From Vicugna vicugna (taxonomy: Eukaryota), in the NCBI GenBank assembly GCA_013265495.1, contig MU058065.1:4810976-4874975 (forward strand): DNA of 64,000 nt, in the 5' to 3' direction. Shown here one piece after another: positions 27,700 through 41,137 of the stretch. The notes beneath the pieces are model-generated. The model made no database searches. It was not told the origin of the DNA and saw nothing but the letters and a program-made list of their open reading frames with translations. Made by a program: the position numbers and the translations under genes. The first letter of the stretch is position 1. Each line of letters opens with the position of its first letter.

Positions 27700-28282
27700 C
27701 ATAGTTCAGATACTCCACTTGGCAATTCTGAACCTGTTGGCCAGCTTCCTGCACATTTATTTTGATCATGATTTGTCTTTATCTCTTAAGGGAGCTATTG
27801 AGGAGTTCGGGCTGGGAACAGAAGTACATGCGCCTCCATTGTGTTCTGGTTTCTTTGTTCTGCCACTTAAAGTGCTCCCTGTGTTCCGGTGCCGCTTTCA
27901 GAGAGCTTTTCGCATTTCTTCCCACACCCAGTTACTGAGCCCATTTAAGCTGAAGAATGTCATGGCCCTCTGAAAGGATATGACAGTGGCCAGCGGGGTG
28001 GAGCTCATGCTCTAATCCCATGGGTGGGACACCATCTGTGACACTCGACCACCTGATTCTGGTCCCAAGGGGCGTGCCAGTGGCAGTCTATAGAAGAAAC
28101 AGCACTGAAGTTTGATGAATTTCTTGCTCTACATAAAACCTAAACAGTAATAGCTGGACACGATGTTACCTTCACCCCAGAGTATTATTTTGCTCCCCCT
28201 CGGGCTGCACAGATCGCATTTTGGACACAGTTACAGACTTGCCAAGGACATTACTTATTTATCTTAGATTGGAAACATCCCA
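27700..28282 (-). pseudogene. Unit 3, pre-TAGT and TAGT N-terminal exon
   Basis: ttctttattttag acceptor; ordered motifs LCPKCDLC, FRFYVE, YRLPL, TVISFQRAM, EAHVLLFP, CRKLANRFRI. Confidence 0.6.
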
Positions 28283-29149
28283 CTAAAATAAAGAACCAAA
28301 ACTAGAACACGAAGTCCGTCTGGTTCGTGCTGAAATCAGGAGGACTTTACCCTCCGTATTTACACCCCAGCCTCCTCCTTTTGAGGTGTTTGGAAGACTC
28401 AATGACAGGTTGGCTCACCCTGTGGTTACAGATAGGTAGAGCCTCTTAGCTTATTTTCTTCCATTTATAAAACAATCTTGACCCTTCGACCAGAAATTAC
28501 TTCCTTAGAACCCTTCTCTAGTCTATTAAGATTTTTTCAAAACTGTGTTCATGGTAGCGTTGGATTTTGGTTCGTCTTGCCTGTGTTGTGTTTCTGCCCC
28601 TTCCTTCTGGTTACAGGCCCGTCCTCCCCTCTCTCTTCGTGCATGTGCTGGCCTCCAGGGGAGCCGCATAACCCAGGCTGGACCAATTAGCTGTTCTTGC
28701 TCCTTAGAACACGAGCCTTGCAGAGGCTCAAAGATGAAAACTCTTGTAGGTTACATATCACTGAGCTGCACTCTGATTAGACTGTCCATTTTTGCTGCTA
28801 CACGGATCCCCAGAGCTTCCCTGACCCCATCTTTCTGAGGCCTGTTATGCTGTGTCTCTTTTGATTTTGTAAGCTCCATCAAAGCTAGACTTGGCATCTT
28901 TTGCTTAAAAGAAAATTAGTAGATGCAAGCTTTAAATAAATTAGCTCCCTCCCAGTTTTGTGCTATCTCCAGACATGACACTTGTATCTTCTAAATCATC
29001 ACCCAAGATACATTGCCGGATCAGGATTTCTATGCCCAGATTTGACTCCTTAGATTCTTACATACTGATGATAAACAAGCAAAATTTTAAAAGAATTATA
29101 ATAGCTCACAATTATTAAGTATTGTATGCAAAGCACTATTTTATGATGT

Positions 29150-29610
29150 TTTTAAATGCACCTTATTTTGGAGTAATTTTAGATTTGTTGAAAAGTTGCA
29201 AAGACAATACTAAGGGTTCATACACCTTCACCAACTCCCTGTAGTGTTACCATCTTACATAACCATGTGAATTTGCCAAACTAAGAACACATCATCGGTG
29301 CATTGCTGTTAACTGGACTACAGACTTTGTTTGGAATTCACCAGATTTTCCCACCAGTGTCCTCTTTCTGTTCCAGGGTCCAAATCAGGTCCCACATTGC
29401 ATTTAGAAGTGCTTTATTTTTGCCAACTCATTTTATCCTCACAGTTACCTATAGGTGGGCACCATCATCTTCCCCATTTTACAGATGAGGAAACAGACTC
29501 AGAGAAGTTAAGCAATTAGTCAAGTCACACAGTAAATGGCAAAACTATGATCTGAGCCCGGTGGCCTGGTACCAGAGCCATTGTTTTTAACCCTTATGCT
29601 GTGCTGCCCC
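29150..29610 (-). mobile_element. L1M fragment followed by MIR
   Basis: taattttagattt..aaaagttgcaaag; cccattttacagatgaggaaac. Confidence 0.7.
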
Positions 29611-31031
29611 TTACCCACCCCTCTCCAAAAAGAGGAAGAGGGACATGGCATTTTCTGCTCTCTTGCCTTCAATTTAGCTTTCAGATGAGTTTGGTTTATA
29701 CACTTTGTTCTTAGTGGACTTCTGCCAGTCCTGGCGGTTACTCCAGCCCTTCAGCATATGCATAAACCATCTCTTGAGTAATTCCTTTTTCAGTTCTGCA
29801 GAGATTAGTGTCAAGACTCAGAATGCTTTAGTATACAGAAGTGACATGAGTTACAAATCAAATTATTTGCCCATGGACATCTCTCCCAAACAGAGCTTTT
29901 CAAACCTTAATGTCTGTGCAGATCACAGGATATATGGTTAAAATGCAGATTCTGCAGGGTAGAGGTGGCACCTGTGAATCTGTATTTCCATCAAGATCTC
30001 AAGTGATGTCCATGCTGCCGGTCTCAGAGGACACTTTGGGGAGGGAAGCCATAAACTTCTTCTTCTGCACCTTTCCTTAGACTGGCCGTGTTTCTCGTCT
30101 TCATTTCTCTGCCTGGGCTCAGAGGAGGGAGCAGTTTCTGCTGTTCTGTTAGAGCCTTTTAATCTAGTTCAGATTCCAATTTTATTTAAATATAGTTTGT
30201 TAGGTCCTTTGCATCTGGATTTCTTTTTACTTCTAGGAATTATTGAAGCAAAGCATCTGTGTATTGTCCTGTTTTTGCCCTCTGTCATTTGTTAGTGACC
30301 CTCCTAGTGGTCTTCCCTAGTCTTCATTATCCAAATCCATCCAAAGACTTTCTAATTGTTAGGAGCATTTCTGCAAGCCTTAATTTACTCTAAAACACTA
30401 ACTTCCTTGCCACTGTACTTGCCGAGATGTGACTCATTTTTTTAAATTTGTTTTAGACCTCACATTCTTCCTTCCATCTTTTGTGTGTGGTGTTTTAAAC
30501 TCTTCGTAGGTCAAAATTTCTTTTCATATCACCTTCCTCTCTGGGTTCCTCCAGATTTCTCGGTCATTGAAAACATTTGCAGTTGTAATAATGTCACGTC
30601 CTCTTCTCTTCCTTTGTTCCTGGTTTGCTTATTTTAAGAATGTCCACCTCCCATTACTTTAGAATCTCTAGCCTATTGAGACATAAAATTTATATATTTT
30701 CTTGGAGCCTTTTGAAATTGGCTTTTATAAAGCACAGGTCTGAATCTGATATACTCATTATATGTTCAGTTGCTCATTAGCAACCCTAAGATGAGGTCAC
30801 TGCTTTCTCCGGAGTTTCCTATTATTCAAGGGTCCCCTCCCTCCCTCCCCAACATGTCCTTCCTTGTAGGTTAGAATTAAAGCCAGACTAGCAGTTCTCA
30901 CCACTGTTTCCTATACTTTCTGGAAGATGAAAGTGCCAGCTCTTCCTCTGGGCTAAGCATTTGCATACTTTAGATTTTTTTTTTTAAATGGGAGAAATGA
31001 AAAATCTCAGGCCAAGCTCTGCAGAGCTGAC

Positions 31032-31322
31032 CCGAGCATGGATGCAGACAAGCAAACATGCTGGGAAACACTCTCGCTCAGAAGATCAGGCTGAAGGGGG
31101 TCAATGTCAGTGCACCGGGACACTTAGACTCTCAGCAAATACAGCCACGCCTCTGGGACAGTCATGCTGTCACCTTTCATAGTGGCAGAGTCTGCTGCAG
31201 TGTTGTCTGTCACAATCATGCTGTTCTATTATCAGTTGTTCAGATCAAAGTGCCACCAGGATTTTGGGGTTCAAGAATATGCTCTTTATAAGTAAACAAC
31301 CAACCCCTGAGGCTGGAGCTTT
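31032..31322 (-). pseudogene. Unit 2, GREB1 C-terminal domain exon
   Basis: ttgcttttcag acceptor; SLRGWLFTY..GGTLI*TTDNRTA*L*QT and MTVPEAWLYLLR resemble GREB1 FSGLLLY..GATLCVICQDRSSLRQT..LELEDEWQFRLR; 3' edge uncertain. Confidence 0.65.
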
Positions 31323-32099
31323 CTGAAAAGCAATGGGTTTCAGATCAGGAGGATAATGGGAGGAGAAGTGACAGGTGCCTGATTCGGGGGAGTGACTGAT
31401 AACATCAACTCATTTCCCTCCTGCTAAACATATAAACTGCCAATGGACCTAGTGCAGGGGGCTGTGGGTGAGTGGATGTCCTGATCGTGGCAGCACCCAC
31501 TGAGTTCATGATCTAGCTGGAGACGTGTCTATGGGGGAAGGGGCTGGAGGAAAAAGCGAACTGACGAGAGAACAATCCATCACAGGGAGACTCACGCATT
31601 GGTTGTGCTCTTTGGTTATCCCTGGACTACTCAAGTTTTGGTGCTCAAAGGACATGCTGGTGACACTGCAGTGAGGGGTAAGGATATACTGGGTGTCTAG
31701 GGAGATACAGAAGTGAAGCGAGCAATGTGTCAAAGGGAAGGAGGCAGGGGAAGGAAGCAGCCCGTGGATGCACTGCTCTGTGTGCTGTGCGCAGACAGCT
31801 GCAAGTCTTGAGCAACCGGAGTCCTGCATCCTTCTGAACAGCCTCCTGCCTGCATCCTCCACTGATGCAGATGAGCCAAGCCTCTTCCTCTGCCCATTCC
31901 CATCACCACCCGTACCCAGCACATTAGCCTTGAGTGCCCAAATAACCTAGTTCATTCCAGTTTAGCAGAAACTTATCCTAAAGCACACTCAGACTTCTGC
32001 TGTCCATTTCTCCTGTGTATGTACATATATATATATATATGTTAGTCTCACAATTTTAAACATTTTAGCTGCAAATATATAGATCTAATTATAGACTAT

Positions 32100-34250
32100 T
32101 TATAGTCTGTGTTTTGATTATCTCATGGTGCATTAAAATTACCCTCAAAGCATTGTGGTTTAAAGCAAGAATCATTTATTTTCTCATGAGCCTGGGTGTC
32201 AGGAACTCAAAGCAGGCCTCATTGGGACAATGTCTTTGTTCCTCGTGGTATCAGCCAAGGTCATTCACTCGTCCGCTTCCAGCTAGAGGCTGAGTCAGGC
32301 TGGCCAGTTAGAAAGGCTTCACTTGAATGTCTGGTTTCTTGTCTTTCTGCACACAGCTTCTCTCTCTCTTTCTATGTGGCTAGCATGGGCTTTCTGACTG
32401 CATGGGGATCTCAGTGCAGTTGAAGTTTATTTCAGCTTTTCCTTGCTAGGCAGCAAGAAATAATTTATAATTATTTCTCATTGCGGAGAGGTTTCTCATA
32501 TGGTTGCCATCAAACATCAGATGCGGTGTGGTTACCCTAAGGTCTAACTGAGCTGAGTGTCCAAGAAGCTGAGGCCCGTGGCTGGCAGTCGGTGCTGGCA
32601 GCTCAGCTGTCATTGTAGCTGCACTGCCTACACGTGGCCTCTTGAGTGCTGCTACGTTCTCCCGTCAGGAGAGCTTGGTTCTCAGCGGGAGGATCCCAAG
32701 AGTGAGAGCTCCAGGAGACCTGAAGACAATGTTGCTGAGCTTCTTGCGACCTGGCTTCAAAGCAATGCAGCATCACTTTAGCCACCTTCTGGTTTTAAAT
32801 GCTTTTTAATTTTATTCTTTATTGAAATGCAGTTGACTTACAATGTTAGTTTTGCATGTCCAGCAAAGCGATTCAGCTATACACATACAGATATATTTTT
32901 TTCAGATTCTTTTCCATTATTGCTTATTATAGGAAACTGAATATAGTTCCCTGTGCTATATAGTAAGTCCTTGTTGCTTATCTATTTTATACATAGTAGT
33001 GTGTCTCTGTTAATCCATATGGATTTTTTTTAATTGCAGCGTCATCAGGTTACAATATTGTGTCAATTTCTGGTGTACAGCATAATGTTTCAGTCATACA
33101 TATACATACATATATTCCTTTTCATATTCTTTTTCATTATAGTTTGCTACAAGATATTGACTATAGTTCCCTGTGCTATACAGTGTAAACTTGCTGTTTA
33201 TTTTATATATAGTAGTTAGTATCGGTAAATCTCGAACTCCTCATTTATCCCTCGTCACCCCTTTCCCCCTGGTAACCATAAGTTTGTTTTCTATGTCTGT
33301 GAGTCTGTTTACGTTTTGTAAATAGGTTCACTTGTGTCTTTTTTTTTTTAGATTCTACATCCAAATGTACATATAACACCAAAATATATATCGTATTTTT
33401 CTTTCCCTTTCTGACTTGCTTCACTTAGAATGACAATCTCCAGGTCCATCCTTGTTGCTGCAAATGACATTATTTTATTCTTTTTTATGGCTGAGTAGTA
33501 TTCCATTGTATGTATATGTATCATCTGTCGATGGACATTTTAGTTCTTTCTATGTCTTGGCTATTGTAAACAGTGCTGCTATGAACATTAGAAAGTATGG
33601 ATCTTTTCAAATTAGAGCTTCCTTTTAATATGTGCTCCAGAGAGGGATTGCTGATCACATATATAGTAAACACAGTTTTAGTTTTTTAATGGAATCTCCA
33701 TACTGTTTTCCATAGTGGCTGCACCAAACTACATTCCTACCAACAATGTAGAAGGCTTCCCTTTTCTCTACATCCTCTCTGGCATTTATCATTTGTGGAC
33801 TTTTTAATGATGGTCATTCTGACCATTGTGAGGTGATACCTCATTGTAGTTTTGATTGTTTATTTCTCTGATAATTAGCAATATTGAGCATTTTTTTCCA
33901 TTTGACTTTAGCCATTTTCTGTTGGTCAAGAGTCAGTTACAGGACAAGTGCTGATTCTAGCAATGGGAACTCTGCACAGACATGAATAGTGGAAGGGGTG
34001 GCCCATGGCATAAAGAGATACCTTTGATGACTGACACCATGGACTTCTTACATGGTGGGTCACTTTCAAGAAGCAACATTCTAAGAAAAGCAAATGTAGA
34101 AGCTGCAGGTTTCTTAAGGCCTGGTCTCCAAGTTACATGATATGACTTTTGCTGCATTCTACTGGGCAGTCAGGTAGCCCACATTCAAGGGGAGTGGGGA
34201 CAGGGACCCCATCACTCCATAGGAGAAGTGGCAAACATTTAATCCCCCAA
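32100..34250 (-). mobile_element. MLT LTR pieces interrupted by an L1 3' end (about 32790-33900)
   Basis: L1 antisense 3'UTR and ORF2 end flanked by actttagcca(c/t)(c/t)ttctg direct repeats. Confidence 0.8.
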
Positions 34251-34506
34251 GCTCTCTGCTAAAATACTTAGATATAGGGCGAGAAAAGTCATGGAAATAT
34301 TTCAGCCATTCTGATACTAGTTCTTTAATTGAAATAAATATTGATACATTATAAAATAAATATTTTTATGTGAAAAACATTAACATCGACTTACACTTAT
34401 AAACTTTCTTCATCAAAGTTCCATGGTCACTAGAAATTTTCTGAATAGGGGGATTGGATGACAGTTTTACACCTTATTGGTAAGTCTAATTTCGTTGTTT
34501 ATTTAC

Positions 34507-34638
34507 CTTTAGGAGAATTTCCCTAGTTTTGATTTTGAAGGGTTTGGGGCCTAAATAAACAGATAATCACTTTTAAATCTTTGCTAATGAACTCATTTTA
34601 TTTATCAAATGCTTGACTCTTTTTATTACAGTAAAAAC
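34507..34638 (-). pseudogene. Unit 2 exon, 132 nt, phase 1-1
   Basis: ctttatttctcag acceptor, AAG|gtaaat donor; FYCNKKSQAFDK*NEFISKDLKVIICLFRPQ. Confidence 0.55.
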
Positions 34639-36034
34639 CTGAGAAATAAAGTGAACATAGCAATGACACTGAAAAATTTCAAACTAACTTTTGTCCTTAG
34701 AAATGTAAGGTGCCAGTTTTGATTATTTTTATTCAAAGATTTTTTTTTCTACTTGCACTTTTTAATAAGACTTTGTTTAATACTTCTAAATCAAGTTAAA
34801 ATGCCCCCTCTAACATAAAATCTCATAGAAACTGAAAACTCTATTCTTATCAGATATTTTAGAGATATTTCTTCACTCCATGCATACACAAAATATTACC
34901 CAAAGCACACTTTTAAAACAAGGATGAAATAGAGATATGGAATCAGATGATAAGTGATCTTAAAGTTACATTCATTCATTTATTCATTCATTCAACACAC
35001 ATTTATTGAACATTAGCCAAGTGCTGGATGTTAGGATCCAACAAAATATCAAATAAACATCCTTCTCTACTTTATTATGATTTAAGTCTTTATATTTGAG
35101 GTTTTAAAGTATCAGTAATATACATTAGCATAAGGGATGAAATCTGTAGCTTTCACTGCTTATTTGAAATGCCATCATTATCATGTGCTAAATGATTATA
35201 AATACATGCCACTGATTCTAGGCTTCATGATACTATTCCATTAATCTGTCTTCTTTTACTCTTCCAATTACCTTAGCTTTAAACTGTGGCCCAGTTTGAA
35301 TTTTTTGTTTTTGTTGTTTTAACATGTAGTAGCAAGGGGCACACTGGTGATTAAAATTTAGAGTCTGAGGTCATCCTGTCTTGGTTTGAATCTAAGCTCC
35401 ATCACTTACTGGCTGTTTTACTTTAGACCAGCTACATAGTCTCTTCTAATGTCAGTTTAATAACCTATATAATATTAATAATAATATTTACAGCATAGAA
35501 TTTAATAAAAATGTGTTTGTATTAGTTAAGAAGTTATAAATGCTATTACAAAATTAACCAAAAGTCTCAATGGCTTAATAGAGTCAAAGGTTATTTCTGG
35601 TTTCTGTGAAGTCCAGTGGGTATTCTGTTTGGGCTGGTAACTTTCTACAGGGCTATTCAGGAAGAGGTGGTCTTGTGTGAGAGAGAAACACTAGATCTTG
35701 CAGTGATGCTTATCACTTCCATTCACCTGTCATTGGATAGAATGAGGTCACATGGCCCCACCTAACTACATAGGAACCTGGGAATGTTGGAGGGCCCAAA
35801 CCAATCTCTGCAAGAATATATAAAATCCCTTTCAAAATGTCTGATACAAAAGTAATTAATAAATATTAATCATTATGGTTATTACTACAGACATTCAACA
35901 TGGTCCATCCCTCAGTCCTAGACATTTATAAATGGATGAGAATAATGAAGTGTGGCAAGTGCCATAATGTGCGAGAACAGCAGGCTAAGAGATCCCATGG
36001 CCAAGTCCAGGGAGAGCTAGAAATGGTTACATTC

Positions 36035-36660
36035 TGATGGAAGCAAAATCAAGCAGGACCCTGCAGGACCTTCCCAGGGACAGACCTCCCTCTGCCCCCT
36101 CCACGTGCCCCACCTCTTATTTGATTTCCAAAAAGCAAATTTAGTCAGAGAAGTGAGAAAATGCAGAAACAAAGAAAAGCAGTCAAGCAACACAAAATAG
36201 GAGTAGTTTAGCCACATAACAAAGCCAAAGTACCTTTAATCTCTCCTCAAAAGCTATAGATAATATTCTGAACCATATTCTTGTATTGTTTTGCACATAC
36301 TAAAAGCCACACCAGGAGGGAGAAGTTAAGTGCATGACCATTAACATGTAGCTCCAAGACCAGCTGGAACCTGAGGATTGATAATGCTGACCCTTGTGAC
36401 CTCACCTAGTTACCTTACCACCCACCAATTAGAATATTGTACATGAGCTTATTACACACCCCATGACCCTCTCTCACTTTGTATTTTAAAATCCTTCTCT
36501 AAAAGCCAACAGAGAGTTCAGGTCTTTTGAATATGAGCTATCCAATTTCCTTGCTTGACTTCCTGTAATAAACGCTATACTTTTCTTCACCACAGCCCAT
36601 TGTCAATGGACTGGATTTGTTGTGCCTCATGTGAATGGACCCAAGTTTGGTTTGGTAACA
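36035..36660 (+). mobile_element. ERV-type solo LTR
   Basis: TG...CA ends, aataaa signal near 36567, ggacccaagtttggtttggtaaca terminus. Confidence 0.65.
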
Positions 36661-37819
36661 GAAGTAGCACTTAAATATACATCTAAAAGATAAGTAAAAT
36701 TTGGCCTGTTCAAAACAGGGGGAAGAGAGTTCTAGGCCGGGAGACTCAAGGTCTAGAAATGAGGGAGAAAGTGATGAACTTGAAGAATTTAGGTAAGTTA
36801 GATGTGGCTCTAGTAGATTGTGGAGGTAGAGAGTTGAATAAAGAGACTTGAGAAAAAGAAGGGAACCAGGCAAATAGGTCTTACAAAACATGTAAAATTG
36901 TTTTAACTATATCCTGAAATCATTTGTGACTGGAGAAGAGAGGGGGCTTTAATGGGGAATAAATAGTGACAACATGAAACATTGTGAGATGAAAAATGGG
37001 TCCCAATGAATAGCATATTTAGAGTAAGAACTGACAAATTATAGGAAAACATTGTGGGTTCCTGGGCATAGTATAGTCAACATGATAACTTTTGAATGAT
37101 AGCAAGTGATCATCTTGGCTTTAAAATGGATGAGGAGTAAAACTAGACACATTAACTAAGAAGTTGTTGGAATTTGGCTAGGATGCTATTTGAAAGCCTA
37201 GTGAAAATGGAAGAAAAAATGAGAGGCAAAAAGAAAAGACCACTTCAAATAGAAACAATTACAAGACCAAATTCTTCATTCAAAATTATGTCAAAATGTG
37301 TAATTAAAATCTCAATCCATAGAAAAACTCAACTGTGTATTTCATAATCAATTTCTCAAAACCTGTTTTAGTCCATAAAAATTTCTTTAGCATCTACTAT
37401 ATGCCTGGCATGGTATAGGTGCTTGACATTAAAAAAAATGATAAAATGTCAGTCAAATCCTCAAAGAGTCCAAAGTCCAGTGGAGGAATCTAGTGAATAC
37501 ATAATTAGACTACAGTCTTGTAAGAGCTAGGGCAAGCTTCTGTAAGGACACTAGACCATTTGGTTTATTCTTTAGTGACATATTGAGGAATATTTCACAG
37601 TATAGGGACATGTGAACTGGGTTTTGAATTAAGACTTCGCAAGAAAGAGGAGAGAAGGGAAAGTACATCCCAGGAAGAGGGAACAGCATGTACCAATGTC
37701 CAGAGATGAAGGGCAGGTTAGTACTCAAGTGTTCATGGAGTGCTTAGGAAGGACTTGGCACTCCCTAGCACCATTTGAAATTCAACATCTCATCATGACT
37801 TTACTTGGCCAATGGATTA

Positions 37820-38700
37820 CGTTTCAAAATGATAAGGGCCACTTCTGGGCAGAAGACTTTCAAAGCCAATCATGGATTCAATATCCCTTTCTCTCTTCCC
37901 TGAGGACTGGTGATACTGTAGATAGTGAAGGATCCACAGCTCGGGACTCTGGATGAGAAATCTATTTGAGCACAGTCTTCTGTGACTCCAAGGCGGATAT
38001 GTAGAATGAGGGGGAAACAAACTTTTACCATTTTAACCCACTGAGATTTGGGGGAATTGCTTCTTACCATGGCATGACCCAAGCATTCTGGACTCATACA
38101 AAAAATGGAAACTTGAAGTGAAGTACTATGAAAAGAAAACCCTGAATGAGGCATCAAGGATACTGCTCAAGCAGAGAGTGACAAGGAAGCTATTACTGAA
38201 GGCAAGAAAGATGTAATAGTCAACTGTGAAAACGTTAGTAAAATCGCCTCCAAATCTCCAGTAACTAGGGTGGCGGATTATGTATTGAACACATTCAGAG
38301 CCGGAGGTGAAGAGACTGCAAAACAGCAGGCATGTGTTGCTTGCTGTTGGTAACGCTTGGTAAAGTGTATTGCCTGGAAGGGATGGACTCAGAAAACAAC
38401 TGGCAAGTTCGCCATCAGTCGAGAGGGAATCGAGAGTGTCCACGAGTTAAAGTTTAGGATTTAAATCAGCAACTGTTTTTAATTCCTTAACAACAAAAGA
38501 TAAAACAGAAACATCTTAAAGCAGCAGAGTCAATCAACTGTATTATTTCTGCAAAGGTAAATGGGAGGGTCTGGGCATCATGCCAATTATTAAAATCGTG
38601 GAATGAATGAAGGGATCTCAGATTAAAGGTCTCACTAAGAATGTGGCGTCCATTCAGTTCATTCAATTGAACAAAATGGCTCAGAAAAAAAAGATTAAGT
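37820..38700 (+). mobile_element. MLT1 LTR plus MaLR internal remnant
   Basis: ttaacccactgagatttggggg LTR end followed by MLT-int-like sequence. Confidence 0.55.
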
Positions 38701-38989
38701 TTGTGGAAGGGTGGGGCCTTAATTTAAACCATTCAGATAGTGTAAGTAAACACTATCAGAGTAATGACATAGTTATAGAATAATAACTTTTTCAAGTTTT
38801 GATTATTTATCAACCTGAACATTTTATAATTGAATTTTTTTTAAAAAATCCCTTACAAATAAAAGAACATCAAGATAATAAGAATAATTTCATTATCCCT
38901 CAATAAAGACAATTCGTAAAGTTTAAAAACCTTAAACCTATGATTAATCCGCATAAATACAGTTAAACATATACATGAGAAAAACATAC

Positions 38990-39203
38990 CACTTGTATCT
39001 GCAATATTATATAATCTTTTTAACTCTTCATAGATCTTTAGTACTGCACTTGCTGATATTAATCTAAAACATAATTTGGGTTCTGATGGCAAACCAAAAC
39101 ACTGATTTGGCAAGATTGCATATTACATATTTGCTGTCCTGTCACTCAGGAAATACTCGGAATTTGTAAAAGCAGGCTGTTGTGTCTCAGAGTTGGTATG
39201 TAC
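38990..39203 (-). pseudogene. Unit 2, TAGT C-terminal exon
   Basis: ctcccttttcacag acceptor, G|gtatgt donor; YIPTLR and DSKYVICNLAKSVFWFAIRTQI in different frames. Confidence 0.6.
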
Positions 39204-39709
39204 CTGTGAAAAGGGAGACTTTGTTGAGTTTTGGGAAGAAATACTCGAGCCCTAGAGAGGTGCTTTTTAAAATGCTTTGTTATGAAACTATGGGTATTTC
39301 TCAGAATTCTCTTCAGATAGCTTTTTTATGTTCTTTTCTACCAGACCGAAATTCCTTCCCTGGAGAATTGGAAATAGGTTATGGGCAAATTATGAAAATA
39401 ATAATGCAGAATCCCTTACAGAGTTTTTTGGGGTTTTTTTGTTTGTTTGTTTTGTTTTGGAAGTGGGAGGAAGCAGATCTGGTTTTTCACCTTGAAAGCA
39501 CAGGTTGGGTCTGTGCTTCTCTTCACTTTCTTCAGATCATGTGCTTTTAAGGAGACTTAGGAAATTTGTCTTTATATTCCAACTTTGCTATTTTAAGTGA
39601 GAAATGCTGAAGAAAAAAATGCTGATTTATGACGTTGCTCAAAGGCTTCACTCTCTGGTTCATAATGTCTTAGGTGCTTTGTTGTTGTTGTTGTTGTATT
39701 GTGAATACA

Positions 39710-39927
39710 CTCTTTAAAACTCCCAGTTTATAGGCTGCACTTGATTCCCTGACTCGTCAGTGAGCATTAGGCTAACAACGTGGGGTTTCTGCAGGGGGAC
39801 CGCCACAGCCTCAGCCCAGGCGATGCACCACATGGAAGGAAATTGAAAATGTGTGCGTGTGGGGGGGTGTGTGTTTAAGGCAGGGGCGATGTTTGACTTT
39901 GAGCCCAAAGAGACAGAGGGATGACAC
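39710..39927 (-). pseudogene. Unit 2, TAGT middle exon
   Basis: ttctctcaatag acceptor; GASPGLRLWR (cf. GREB1 YALLGLRKW), then VPLQKPHVVSLML (cf. EPFSRCHVHNFII); 3' edge uncertain. Confidence 0.65.
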
Positions 39928-40221
39928 CTATTGAGAGAATCAGCAAAGGGGCTCTGGGAGAAAGACACTGTCAAAGCTAACACCCTGCAGCTACGGAGAA
40001 CTAGCCTCTAACTCGATCTAAGTGTGGTGTGGTGCTATGCTTGAAGCTAAAAAAATTTTAAAATGATGTAAAACACGTCCACATGCTTGGCACACAGCAA
40101 GCATTTAATATAATGTTCTTTCTTTACAAAAACCACTGTTCTAGCACGTATTTCTTGCATGTTAATACACCAAGTGATAATGGGGCTCTGAAACACTCAT
40201 CCAGAACCTCCCACCCGACGC

Positions 40222-40223
<2 letters not shown>

Positions 40224-40254
<31 letters not shown>
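40224..40254. repeat. (CA)n microsatellite
   Basis: Directly visible. Confidence 0.95.
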
Positions 40255-40255
<1 letters not shown>

Positions 40256-41137
40256 CCTGCAGGATAATTAATGGATGGAGTGATTGGGACCAAATGCTTG
40301 CTTAGTGAGTTCAGTCCCCGGTGCTTTGTACATGCAACTTGAAGAGGAGGCAATAGCTTACCAGGTGAAAAGAAGAGCAGATATCAGAGAAGAGGAGCAA
40401 TTACAGATGCGAGGCAGTGCATAGAAAAGTTCAAGGTGAGAAGAGGCTCTTACTAAGGTCAATCTCAGGGCACTAGGGACATTCATCCTGAAGCTGGCTA
40501 GTGACAGGTGCCAGACACATAACCAACACATAATAAAGGATGCCAGGGACTGGTAGGGCTTAGCCAGAAAATCTGGAATTCTCTAGAATGGTGGAGAAGG
40601 AGGCAACTACAAAGTTGGTCTAAACTCAGGGAGATGAATTATTGGGTTCATATCAGAAAGATGTTTCCACTCCATGGAAACAAGTAGAACCAAGGTAATG
40701 CCAGAAACCTGATGGCACCCAACCCAAACGAAAGGAACCTAGAGAGGGCTGAGGACTATTTCAGTCTTGAGAGAAGAATTAAATCTCTCACCAGTACTAC
40801 ACAGACAGCTCCAATGTATTTAGTCACAAGCGATTTTGTTTTTCTTAGGTTTTTCCCTTTGATTTCTATGAATTTTAGTGAGGTAGGCTTCTAAACCTCC
40901 AGAATAAAGATAGGTATCATTGTGTCAGGGGAAGCCGAAGACTTCCCACACCTCTCCCCAGTCCTATGCAATCTCTTGCACTGCCTCCTTTCTGACTTCA
41001 TTCTGCCCTTATTTTGGCCGGTGTAGGGTAGATAATACCTTAGATTCAAAGGTATTTACCCTTCCCTTTAAATCAAGATGTCATTAAACAGTTAGCATCT
41101 TTTAGGGGGCCAGGATTATTAAAGCCAACATGCTCAC

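Noticed and set aside
38100..38700. Protein-like stretch (ORF 38126..38443)
   Set aside because: It directly follows an MLT1 LTR and is better explained as MaLR internal sequence.
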